A stretch of 64,000 nucleotides of DNA from NCBI GenBank assembly GCA_963757385.1, contig CAVWRO010000006.1, forward strand, positions 498,173-562,172. The letters run 5' to 3'. The notes beneath the pieces were generated by a model. That model was not told the DNA's origin. It ran no database searches and was given only the letters and a program-made list of their open reading frames with translations. The position numbers were made by a program, and so were the translations under genes. The stretch is from an uncultured Acidobacteriaceae bacterium (GTDB lineage: Bacteria; Acidobacteriota; Terriglobia; Terriglobales; Acidobacteriaceae). This document shows positions 46,261 to 54,512 of the stretch, in pieces; the first letter of the stretch is position 1, and every line of letters starts with the position of its first letter.

Positions 46261-47469
46261 CTATCCAGCCAACTTTCCGATCATCGCAAACAATGGCATG
46301 TACAGAGAGATAACAATGCCTCCGACTACCACGCCGAGGACGCCGATAATGACCGGCTCAAGCATGGCCATCATGTCCTTGGTCGCGTTGTCTACTTCTT
46401 CCTCGTAGAAGTCGGCAATCTTCTGCAACATTGCGTCCATGGCGCCGGTGGCTTCACCGACTCCGATCATCTGGGTAACCATGTTGGGGAATACTCCGGA
46501 TTCGCGCAGTGGATCAACGATGGTGCGGCCTTCTTCGATGGCCTTACGAACGCGCATCAAGGCTTCTTCCAGAACTGCATTTCCCGATGTTCTGGCTGTA
46601 ATGCCCAAGCCCTCAAGAATCGGCACGCCTGAGGTGATGAGAGTTCCCAGAGTACGGGTAAATCGGGCAACCGCAATTTTGCGAAGCAAAATTCCAAGCA
46701 CCGGCAGTTTCAATAGCGCGAAATCGAAGTAGTAGCGTCCCTTCGGATGCTTTCGTATCTGCTTTACGCCGATCACAAGGCCAACTACACCCATAATGAA
46801 GAACCACCAGAACTGGCCGACAAAAGCGCTGAGGCCCATTACGATTCGGGTGGGCAGCGGCAGGGCGACTCCCAATCCTATAAAAAGATTGGAGAAGATT
46901 GGCACGACCCACTTGAGAAGTGCTCCTACGATCAAACCAGCCAAAGTGACTACGGCCACCGGGTATATCAGGGCTGACTTGACCGCTGCTTTTAATTTGA
47001 CCGCTTTTTCAACGTAGAGTGCCAATCTCTGAAGAATGATGTCCAAAATACCGCCGGTTTCTCCGGCCTCAATCATGTTGGTGGTGAGATCATCAAAAAC
47101 TTTCGGATAGCCGCGCATCGCATTGGCCAGCGTTGCGCCGCCTTCCACTGTGGTGCGGACGCCAGTAAGTGTCTTCTGGAACGCCATGTTTTCCTGATTG
47201 GCCGCCAATATTTCGAGGCACTGTACCAGCGGCAATCCGGCATCAATCATTACCGAAAATTGACGGAAGAAAACGGCTATCTCTTTGACCTTCACTTTGC
47301 CCGAGCCGAAAGTCGGGAGCGCGAATTCCTTCCCCTTCTCTCGAATAGATCCTGCGGTGATTTGCTCGCGACGCAATTGGGCGGTGAGCATTTGCTTGTT
47401 TGAGGCGGTTCGCTCCCCGGTAACTTTTTGGCCCGATTCGTTCTTTCCCGAAAATGTGAAAACTGGCAT
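46261..47469 (-). CDS. pilC: Type IV pilus platform protein PilC (GspF family).
   Basis: 402 aa with two T2SSF repeats, a TFRQFSVMIDAGLPL-like motif and GEATGAMDAMLQKIADFYE. Confidence 0.92.
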   Translation of the reverse strand: MPVFTFSGKNESGQKVTGERTASNKQMLTAQLRREQITAGSIREKGKEFALPTFGSGKVKVKEIAVFFRQFSVMIDAGLPLVQCLEILAANQENMAFQKTLTGVRTTVEGGATLANAMRGYPKVFDDLTTNMIEAGETGGILDIILQRLALYVEKAVKLKAAVKSALIYPVAVVTLAGLIVGALLKWVVPIFSNLFIGLGVALPLPTRIVMGLSAFVGQFWWFFIMGVVGLVIGVKQIRKHPKGRYYFDFALLKLPVLGILLRKIAVARFTRTLGTLITSGVPILEGLGITARTSGNAVLEEALMRVRKAIEEGRTIVDPLRESGVFPNMVTQMIGVGEATGAMDAMLQKIADFYEEEVDNATKDMMAMLEPVIIGVLGVVVGGIVISLYMPLFAMIGKLAG

Positions 47470-47500
47470 ATAAGCCTCTCCTGACTGCTGGGGGTCTATT

Positions 47501-47525
47501 AAAAGGCGTCGCTTGCACGCCTTTT
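47501..47525 (-). terminator. Rho-independent terminator-like hairpin between pilT and pilC.
   Basis: aaaaggcgt-cgcttgc-acgcctttt has a 9 bp stem flanked by T/A runs on both strands. Confidence 0.6.
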
Positions 47526-47600
47526 ACTAAATTGAGTGAATCTTCTGCTCGTCATCTCTATATCCACATGTCTATATCCACATCGCAACGATTCACCTAA

Positions 47601-48755
47601 CTACCGCTTCGTGGGTGCCGCACCTTTTGCCAGCGGTGCGGGTTGATTTCGATTCAGTCCGGCGCCGCGATTAATCATTTCCTGTAGTTCATCTGGCATG
47701 CTGGAGCGAGCCATCGCAACATCGAGCGTGATCTGCTTTTGCAAAAACAAAGTGGCCAGTGATTGGTTGAACGTCTGCATGCCAAATTTGTCCTGGCCCG
47801 ACTGCATGGCCGAATAGATCTGGTGGACCTTGTCCTCGCGAATCAAGTTTCGAATAGCTGCATTAGGAACGAGAATCTCCATGCACATCGCCCGTCCCTT
47901 GCCGTCCGCCTTGGCCAGAAGGCTTTGACACATGATTCCTTCGAGTACCAGCGACAATTGAGCTCGAATCTGCGGCTGTTGGTGGGCGGGAAAGACGTCA
48001 ATAATTCTGTTGATTGTCGAAATCGCTGAATTAGTGTGCAGAGTGCCGAAAGTTAAGTGGCCGGTTTCGGCGATGCGCAGAGCTGATTCAATAGTCTCAA
48101 GGTCGCGCATTTCTCCGATCAGTACGACATCGGGATCTTCACGGAGAGCAGCGCGGAGGGCATCCGTGAAGCTCTTCGTGTCCGCATGCAATTCGCGCTG
48201 ATTAACCACGCAGTTCTTGTTCATGTGCACAAACTCAATCGGATCCTCAATGGTTAGAATGTGCTCATGCCGCTCGGTGTTGATCTTGTCAATCATGGCC
48301 GCTAAGGTGGTGGACTTTCCCGATCCAGTCGGGCCTGTAACCAGCACAAGTCCTCTGGGCTTTTCGCACATCTTGGTAACCACGGGTGGCAGTCCGAGCT
48401 GATTAAAAGATTTGATCTCGAATGGAATGAGACGAAAGACGGCGGACGTTGCGCCACGCTGGTTGAAGGTGTTTGCGCGGAACCGGGCAAGACCCTTCAA
48501 TCCGAAAGAAAAATCCAACTCGAAGCTTTCTTCGAAGCGATGTTTCTGCGCATCCGTCATCACACTGTAGGCAAGTTGCTTGGTTTCCGCCGGCGTCATT
48601 TGTGGAAGGTCGAGCGGGACCAGATGCCCGTGCACGCGAATTTGCGGCGGCGAATTGGTTGTAATGTGGAGATCGCTACCTCCCATCTCCAACATTCTTT
48701 TCAACAGATCGCTTAATGCCAAACCCATGGCTTTGTCCCTTTCTTCTTTTTGCAA
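47601..48755 (-). CDS. pilT: Type IV pilus retraction ATPase PilT.
   Basis: GSDLHIT, Walker A GPTGSGKST, Asp/His boxes, TGHLTFGTLHT and AIRNLIRE. Length is 384 aa. Confidence 0.95.
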   Translation of the reverse strand: MQKEERDKAMGLALSDLLKRMLEMGGSDLHITTNSPPQIRVHGHLVPLDLPQMTPAETKQLAYSVMTDAQKHRFEESFELDFSFGLKGLARFRANTFNQRGATSAVFRLIPFEIKSFNQLGLPPVVTKMCEKPRGLVLVTGPTGSGKSTTLAAMIDKINTERHEHILTIEDPIEFVHMNKNCVVNQRELHADTKSFTDALRAALREDPDVVLIGEMRDLETIESALRIAETGHLTFGTLHTNSAISTINRIIDVFPAHQQPQIRAQLSLVLEGIMCQSLLAKADGKGRAMCMEILVPNAAIRNLIREDKVHQIYSAMQSGQDKFGMQTFNQSLATLFLQKQITLDVAMARSSMPDELQEMINRGAGLNRNQPAPLAKGAAPTKR

Positions 48756-48761
48756 AAAACC

Positions 48762-50477
48762 TTAATGGATAGTTTCGCGTGCCACTTCTTCCAGCGTGGT
48801 CATGCCGGCCGCTACTTTGATCAATCCGCTGCGCCGCAAGGTAATCATGCCGCGTTCGATAGCTTTCTTCTTGAGTTCAACGGCGGAAGCGCCCACTAAA
48901 ACCAGTTCTCTGATCTCATCATCCACTTCCATGACTTCGTAAAGACCGGTACGGCCTTTGTATCCAGTGTTGTTGCACACACCGCATCCCTTGCCTTTTT
49001 GAATTTTTGTGGTCTTAGCTTCTTCAGGGCCATAACCTTCTTCGAGCAGGGTTTGATACGGGACCTCCACTATCTCTGCGCACTCCTTGCAAATTCGCCG
49101 CACCAACCGCTGAGCGCAGATGAGGTGTACGGAAGTTGCGACCAGGAAAGGCTCAATACCCATATTCATGAGCCGGGTAATGGTTTCCGGAGCGCCGTTG
49201 GTATGCAGAGTGGAGAGAACAAGGTGGCCTGTGAGGGCGGCCTTAATGGCAATTTCAGCAGTCTCAAAGTCTCGGATTTCGCCGACGAGAATAATATTTG
49301 GATCCTGCCGCAGGAAGGCGCGCAGTGCCGCCGCAAAATTCAATCCGATCTGTTCTTTCATCTGGACCTGATTCACCCCGCCTAACTGGAACTCGACGGG
49401 ATCTTCGGCGGTCATGATGTTGGTGTCAGGTTGATTCAGGCGAGCGATTGAAGAATATAGGGTGTTGGTTTTGCCTGATCCGGTCGGTCCCGTGACCAGA
49501 ACCATTCCGTACGGCTTGAGAATTGCTTTCTCAAACTTGACGAGGGACTCAGCTTCGAACCCCAGCTTGGTCATGTCCAGGCGCAGGTTTTCTTTGTCGA
49601 GCAACCGGAGCACGATTTTTTCGCCCCAGAGAGTCGGAAGGGTGCTAACACGGAAATCGAGCTGCTTCTTGCGGCCGCCAATTGCCATTTTCAGCATGAT
49701 GCGTCCGTCTTGAGGCAAACGCTTTTCGCTGATGTCAAGCTTCGCCATGATTTTCAGGCGCGAAGTGATGGCATCCTTCAGCTTGAGAGGCGGCGACATA
49801 ATGCTTTGCAGAACGCCGTCTATACGGAAGCGCACGCGGAACTCTTTTTCGTAGGGCTCCATGTGTATATCGCTGGCGCCCCGCTTGACGGCATCGGTCA
49901 AAACGAGGTTCACCAATTTGACGATGGGAGCTTCATCGGCCGCCTTTTCCAGATCGGCCAGGCCAAGTTCCGCTTCTTCTGCCTGCAACTCGACGTCGGC
50001 TTCGTCCATATCCGTCATGGACTGCATTACTTGTTCGAGATCTTCTTCTTTGCTGTTTCCGTAGGCCTTCTCGATTCCTTCCAGAATCGAGCTTTCAGAC
50101 GCGACCACGGGTTCGATATTGAAGCCGGTCATGAACTTGATGTCGTCCATGGCGAAGACGTTTGTTGGATCCACCATGGCGATCGTCAGCGACGCTCCGA
50201 CTCGGCTCAATGGCAGGATCTGGTAACGTTTCGCGGTTTCGAACGGAATCAGTTTTACGACGGAAGGATCAATTTCAAAATACGAAAGATTGATTGCGGG
50301 AACGCCATATTGCCTGGAGAGGAAATTTGTTACATCCTCGTCAGTCAGGAAGCCGAGTTTCACCAAAGCAGAGCCCAGGCGAGTGTTCGTCTCCTTCTGC
50401 GCTTTCGTTGCCTGCTGCAACTGCTCTGGAGTTATGACCTTCTCTTTGACAAGAAGATCACCCAGCCGTTGTGACAT
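48762..50477 (-). CDS. pilB: Type IV pilus assembly ATPase PilB (GspE family).
   Basis: An N-terminal T2SSE_N domain, Walker A GPTGSGKTNT, TGHLVLSTLHTN and a tetracysteine motif (CKEC...CGVC). Length is 571 aa. Confidence 0.95.
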   Translation of the reverse strand: MSQRLGDLLVKEKVITPEQLQQATKAQKETNTRLGSALVKLGFLTDEDVTNFLSRQYGVPAINLSYFEIDPSVVKLIPFETAKRYQILPLSRVGASLTIAMVDPTNVFAMDDIKFMTGFNIEPVVASESSILEGIEKAYGNSKEEDLEQVMQSMTDMDEADVELQAEEAELGLADLEKAADEAPIVKLVNLVLTDAVKRGASDIHMEPYEKEFRVRFRIDGVLQSIMSPPLKLKDAITSRLKIMAKLDISEKRLPQDGRIMLKMAIGGRKKQLDFRVSTLPTLWGEKIVLRLLDKENLRLDMTKLGFEAESLVKFEKAILKPYGMVLVTGPTGSGKTNTLYSSIARLNQPDTNIMTAEDPVEFQLGGVNQVQMKEQIGLNFAAALRAFLRQDPNIILVGEIRDFETAEIAIKAALTGHLVLSTLHTNGAPETITRLMNMGIEPFLVATSVHLICAQRLVRRICKECAEIVEVPYQTLLEEGYGPEEAKTTKIQKGKGCGVCNNTGYKGRTGLYEVMEVDDEIRELVLVGASAVELKKKAIERGMITLRRSGLIKVAAGMTTLEEVARETIH

Positions 50478-50843
50478 ATGTCAATCTCTCCTAACCAGGT
50501 GGCGGAAAAGTGCTGCCAAGGTTGTGGTTGCTCGATCAATCCGCAACTTTCATGGGGAGGAAAGGCGGCTTACTTCGGTGACACAAATTGTCACAGCAGA
50601 AGCGTTACTTCACCAGTAACTTTGGTACTTGTACCGATTGCGTACAGGCCGGATGTGACGGATTGTCAGCGTAATGGGCCGCAAATGCGCGATTGGACGA
50701 CAAAGTACGTTCGTCCGGACATGCACGTCGGTAACAACTAAGGATGAACTACTGACCGGGAATTAGCTGCAATCGGGGCAATGCGGTGAATTCGGCCCGG
50801 CGAAATTGCTTTACACTATTTCAAAAACCTATCGGAAGTGTGA

Positions 50844-51644
50844 TTGAAACTTTCTCACAAAGAAAAACAACTGCGAGCTTTTTACCGCACCTTGCACCGG
50901 GCGTGGGGACGGCAGCACTGGTGGCCTGCCCGCACGCGATTTGAAGTAATTGTCGGAGCATACCTCACGCAGAACACGTCGTGGACAAATGTTGAGATCG
51001 CTTTGCGCCGGTTGCGCGCGGCGCGAGTTCTGACGCTCAACGGAATCCGCATAACGCCCTTGCAGGAACTCGAGGCATTGATCCGATCGTCGGGATACTT
51101 TCGCCAGAAGGCAGCCCGGCTGAAAACGTTCGTGGCGTTTGTAGATGATCGCTATGGCGGTTCTCTGACTCGGATGTTTTCTCAGCCGACGGAAAAGCTT
51201 CGTAAGGAATTGTTAGAACTAAACGGGGTTGGACCGGAAACTGCGGATTCGATACTTCTCTATGCAGGGCAGCATCCGGTGTTTGTTGTGGATGCGTATA
51301 CTCGCAGAATTCTCGAGCGTCATGAGATTGCTGCCGCTAATGCGCCATACGAAGAAATCCGTTTCCTCTTTGAGCATTCGCTAATTGCTTCGAAGACGGT
51401 GCCGTCTCCGCCGAGTTCGGGTACGGAGAAGTCGGAGCTCGCACATTCTCCCTCTGCCATGAGTTCGGCGAAGCGCTCATCGGTGACCCAGGTTTATAAC
51501 GACATGCACGGATTGATAGTGAGTGTGGGTAAACAATACTGTCTGAAATCGCGGGCGGTTTGCGAAGAGTGTCCATTGAGGGTTTTCTTGCCAGTGCGCC
51601 TCAATCGAATGGTCAATGGATGCTCCTGTAAAAGCTTAGCGTGA
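50844..51644 (+). CDS. Endonuclease III-related HhH-GPD superfamily protein.
   Basis: LELNGVGPETADSILLYA (helix-hairpin-helix), VDAYTRRI and the C-terminal Cys cluster CLKSRAVCEECP. It carries a Ser-rich insertion and has a TTG start. Confidence 0.75.
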   Translation: MKLSHKEKQLRAFYRTLHRAWGRQHWWPARTRFEVIVGAYLTQNTSWTNVEIALRRLRAARVLTLNGIRITPLQELEALIRSSGYFRQKAARLKTFVAFVDDRYGGSLTRMFSQPTEKLRKELLELNGVGPETADSILLYAGQHPVFVVDAYTRRILERHEIAAANAPYEEIRFLFEHSLIASKTVPSPPSSGTEKSELAHSPSAMSSAKRSSVTQVYNDMHGLIVSVGKQYCLKSRAVCEECPLRVFLPVRLNRMVNGCSCKSLA

Positions 51645-51722
51645 TTTTGCTACGAAAATAATCCGTGCAACTTGGAGGTTTCCACGGGGTTCTTCCTGTT
51701 ATGTTTAGGTTGAGGCGCGGAC

Positions 51723-52133
51723 TTGAAAGACATACGAATTCTATTAGCCGATGACAATGAATTTGTGAGGCGCGCAATTTGTAGCGTGCTTCAAATGGAC
51801 GCGGATTTCAGAATTGTTTGTGAAGTTGGCGATGGTCTTGAGGCCATTGAGAAGTCAAAAGAATTGCAGCCGGATGTTGTCCTGCTGGATATCAGCATGC
51901 CGCAAATTGGAGGGTTTGAAGCGGCGCGTCAAATTCTAACTGTGGCACCGCAAACTGAAATTGTTCTGCTGACGGAACACGCCGTCGCCGAGATGGCTCG
52001 AGCCGCACTCGATCTCGGCATAAGGGGATACGTAATCAAATCTGATGCTGCGCAAGAATTAGGTGTCGCGATCCGAACAGTGATTCGGCAAGAAAAGTAC
52101 GTCAGCCCAGGGTTAGCGGTTCAACGAAAATAG
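51723..52133 (+). CDS. Stand-alone response-regulator receiver domain (NarL/FixJ-type receiver without an HTH).
   Basis: ILLADDNEFVR...DVVLLDISMPQIGG...GYVIKS. It ends after 136 aa with no output domain. TTG start. Confidence 0.8.
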   Translation: MKDIRILLADDNEFVRRAICSVLQMDADFRIVCEVGDGLEAIEKSKELQPDVVLLDISMPQIGGFEAARQILTVAPQTEIVLLTEHAVAEMARAALDLGIRGYVIKSDAAQELGVAIRTVIRQEKYVSPGLAVQRK

Positions 52134-52155
52134 ACAGGGTTGAGCCTCCGGCCAG

Positions 52156-53784
52156 CTAGGCAGTCACGGTTTGGTACTCTTCGTACGCGCCTTTGAAATC
52201 CGTGATGTGATGGTCGGTTTCGAAATGCCAAATTCGGGTTGCGACTTCATCAATCAAATCGTGATCGTGGGTCACCAGGAAAACCGTTCCCTGATAGCGT
52301 TGCAACGCAATGTTGAGCGCGTTAATTGACTCCAAATCCAAGTGATTGGTAGGCTCGTCGAATACCAGAAGGTTCGGTTTCTGCAACATCAGTTTGCAGA
52401 ACAATAGCCGGGCTGCCTCTCCGCCCGAAAGAACCGTGGTTGACTTGGTAGCTTCCTCTTTGGCAAACAGCATCTGTCCTAATAATCCGCGAAGCTCTTC
52501 GTTCGACGCGGACGGGTCCCATTGACCGAGCCACTCAAGCACCGTCGTGCCATTTTCGATTAATGTCCGATGATCTTGCGCGAAATATCCAATTGCGGCT
52601 TCATGACCCCAAATCACTTTGCCGCTGTCTAAAAAGGGGCCATCATAGCCGCTGGTTTTGCGCAACTCTGCCTCAGGCGTTGTCGGTGAGTTTGCCAGCA
52701 GCGCGTTTACCAAAGTTGTCTTGCCCGCACCGTTGCGACCCATCAACGCGATCTTTTCGCCGCGAGTTATGCTCGCGGTGAAGCTCGAGATAACCTCATG
52801 ATCACCATAAGACTTTGTTAAGCGCTCAACCTCAAGAATGTGTTTACCAGAAGGACGTTTCGGCTCGAATTTAATGAACGGGCGCTGGATGTTCGACCTG
52901 GCCAATTCCGTGACTTGCAGGCGTTCTACTTCCTTGCGACGCGATTGCACCTGACTGGACCGGGTTCCGGCGGAAAAGCGCGCAATGAATTCGTTCAGCT
53001 GAGATATTTTCTTTTCGCGTTGAGCATTCTGGGATTCGATCTGCGAGCGCACTTGAGTTTTCGCAACAACCATGTCGTCGTACGAACCGGTATAAGTAAT
53101 GATGGTTTCGTAATCAATATCGGCAATGTGCGTGCAAATACTGTTCAGGAAGTGGCGATCGTGGGAAATCGCAATCAGCACGCCGTCATATTGATTCAAG
53201 AAACCTTGCAGCCAGTGAATTGAATCCAAGTCGAGATTATTGGTGGGTTCGTCGAGTAAAAGCGCCTGCGGATGTCCGAACAAAGCCTGGGCCAGCAGCA
53301 CACGGACTTTTTGCCCGCCTTGCAGTTCGCTCATTGAGCGGCTATGCAGTTCGTCTGGAATGTCGAGGCCTTGCAGCAATATCGCGGCGTCGGTCTCGGC
53401 GGTGTAGCCGTCCTCTTCTCCAACGATGCCTTCGAGTTCGCCGAGTTTCATTCCGTCTTCGTCGGTGATTTCGGACTTCTCGTAAATCTTGTTTCGCTCC
53501 TGCATGGCAGACCAGAGGCGTTTGTTGCCCATGATCACGGTGTCGCTCACGGTGTATGCGTCGAAGGCAAACTGATCCTGGCTCAAAACTCCAAGCTTGC
53601 GCGGGCGCACAACGGTGCCTTTTTGCGGCTCCATTTCTCCGCTTAGAATTTTCATGAGCGTGGATTTCCCGGCTCCATTTGGACCGGTTAATCCATAACG
53701 CCTGCCATCCGTGAAGGCAGTGGAGACATCGTCGAACAGTACTTTGGCGCCGTAGCGCATTGAAACATTGCTGACTGAAAGCAT
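52156..53784 (-). CDS. ABC-F family ATPase (two ABC cassettes, no TM domain).
   Basis: Two Walker A motifs (GPNGAGKST, GRNGAGKTT), two LSGG signatures (LQGGQK, LSGGEA) and an inter-domain linker. Length is 542 aa. Confidence 0.92.
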   Translation of the reverse strand: MLSVSNVSMRYGAKVLFDDVSTAFTDGRRYGLTGPNGAGKSTLMKILSGEMEPQKGTVVRPRKLGVLSQDQFAFDAYTVSDTVIMGNKRLWSAMQERNKIYEKSEITDEDGMKLGELEGIVGEEDGYTAETDAAILLQGLDIPDELHSRSMSELQGGQKVRVLLAQALFGHPQALLLDEPTNNLDLDSIHWLQGFLNQYDGVLIAISHDRHFLNSICTHIADIDYETIITYTGSYDDMVVAKTQVRSQIESQNAQREKKISQLNEFIARFSAGTRSSQVQSRRKEVERLQVTELARSNIQRPFIKFEPKRPSGKHILEVERLTKSYGDHEVISSFTASITRGEKIALMGRNGAGKTTLVNALLANSPTTPEAELRKTSGYDGPFLDSGKVIWGHEAAIGYFAQDHRTLIENGTTVLEWLGQWDPSASNEELRGLLGQMLFAKEEATKSTTVLSGGEAARLLFCKLMLQKPNLLVFDEPTNHLDLESINALNIALQRYQGTVFLVTHDHDLIDEVATRIWHFETDHHITDFKGAYEEYQTVTA

Positions 53785-53949
53785 GGTTTTTCTTGTGAGA
53801 CTGCGGGGAATTTCCGCCCGGTTCGAGGTAAAGACGGTGCGCAGCTAGTGTCTTTAGAATATCACGGTTGGCGTGACGAGTACCTCGGAACGGAGTGAAC
53901 AAATCAATCCGCCGCCTCAGTGGGGCTCGGCAAAGGCAACAGCTGCCCT

Positions 53950-54231
53950 CTATTCAGACCCGTTCTCGGGCGCAATATCTTCCGGACGGCGATACTCTTC
54001 GTGGGTATGGACGGGCCGCTCGGGGTGGTTCGCGGCGTCTTCGACGCCGTCAACAATCCCCGCCTCCAAAGCCTGATCTTCTTCGACTAACTCATCAACG
54101 CTGAGATCGCTGGCATCCTCGGTGTCGGAGAGGCCTTGTGTGTCGCCAGATTGTCCGGCGCTCGCTGAGCCAACCTGGCCGGGATTTTTTCCGAGTTCAC
54201 CGAGACGCGCTTCGTTGTTTCGCCTTGCCAT
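53950..54231 (-). CDS. Small acidic hypothetical protein.
   Basis: GGAGG lies 6 nt upstream of the ATG. The 93 aa are highly acidic (DTEDASDLSVDELVEEDQALEAGIVDGVEDA). Confidence 0.5.
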   Translation of the reverse strand: MARRNNEARLGELGKNPGQVGSASAGQSGDTQGLSDTEDASDLSVDELVEEDQALEAGIVDGVEDAANHPERPVHTHEEYRRPEDIAPENGSE

Positions 54232-54326
54232 AAGTCCTCCGTTAAGAAGTTATGCTGGGGATTGGATGCGGATTTCGGGTTACCGGTTCGTGCGTAGGCA
54301 CCTTCGCCTCGTGTTTAATGCATATC

Positions 54327-54402
54327 CGCTACGCGCGAGATCCTTCGCAAGCTCAGGATGACGTCACAGATTAAAGGAGTGATTAGAGACTGAGCCACCA
54401 AT
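54327..54402. repeat. MITE-like repeat, copy 4 (one unit plus right terminal repeat).
   Basis: cgctacgcgcgagatccttcgcaagctcaggatgacgtca ... agagactgagccaccaat. A further diverged unit (cttcgctacggtcgggatgac) lies at about 54464-54500. Confidence 0.5.
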
Positions 54403-54512
54403 AGACACGTAGCGACAGCCGCCCTCGCTATTGGGCTGAGCTGAAGATCAATAACAGCAAAAGCAGGTCTCTCCGCTTCACTTCGCTACGGTCGGGATGA
54501 CATATTTATCGG

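Noticed and set aside
50495-50515. A sigma-54-like element (minus strand TTGGCAGCACTTTTCC) upstream of pilB.
   Set aside because: The -12 element reads TTCC rather than TTGC. The site is only about 20-35 nt from the pilB ATG and would overlap the RBS, so I do not consider it supported.
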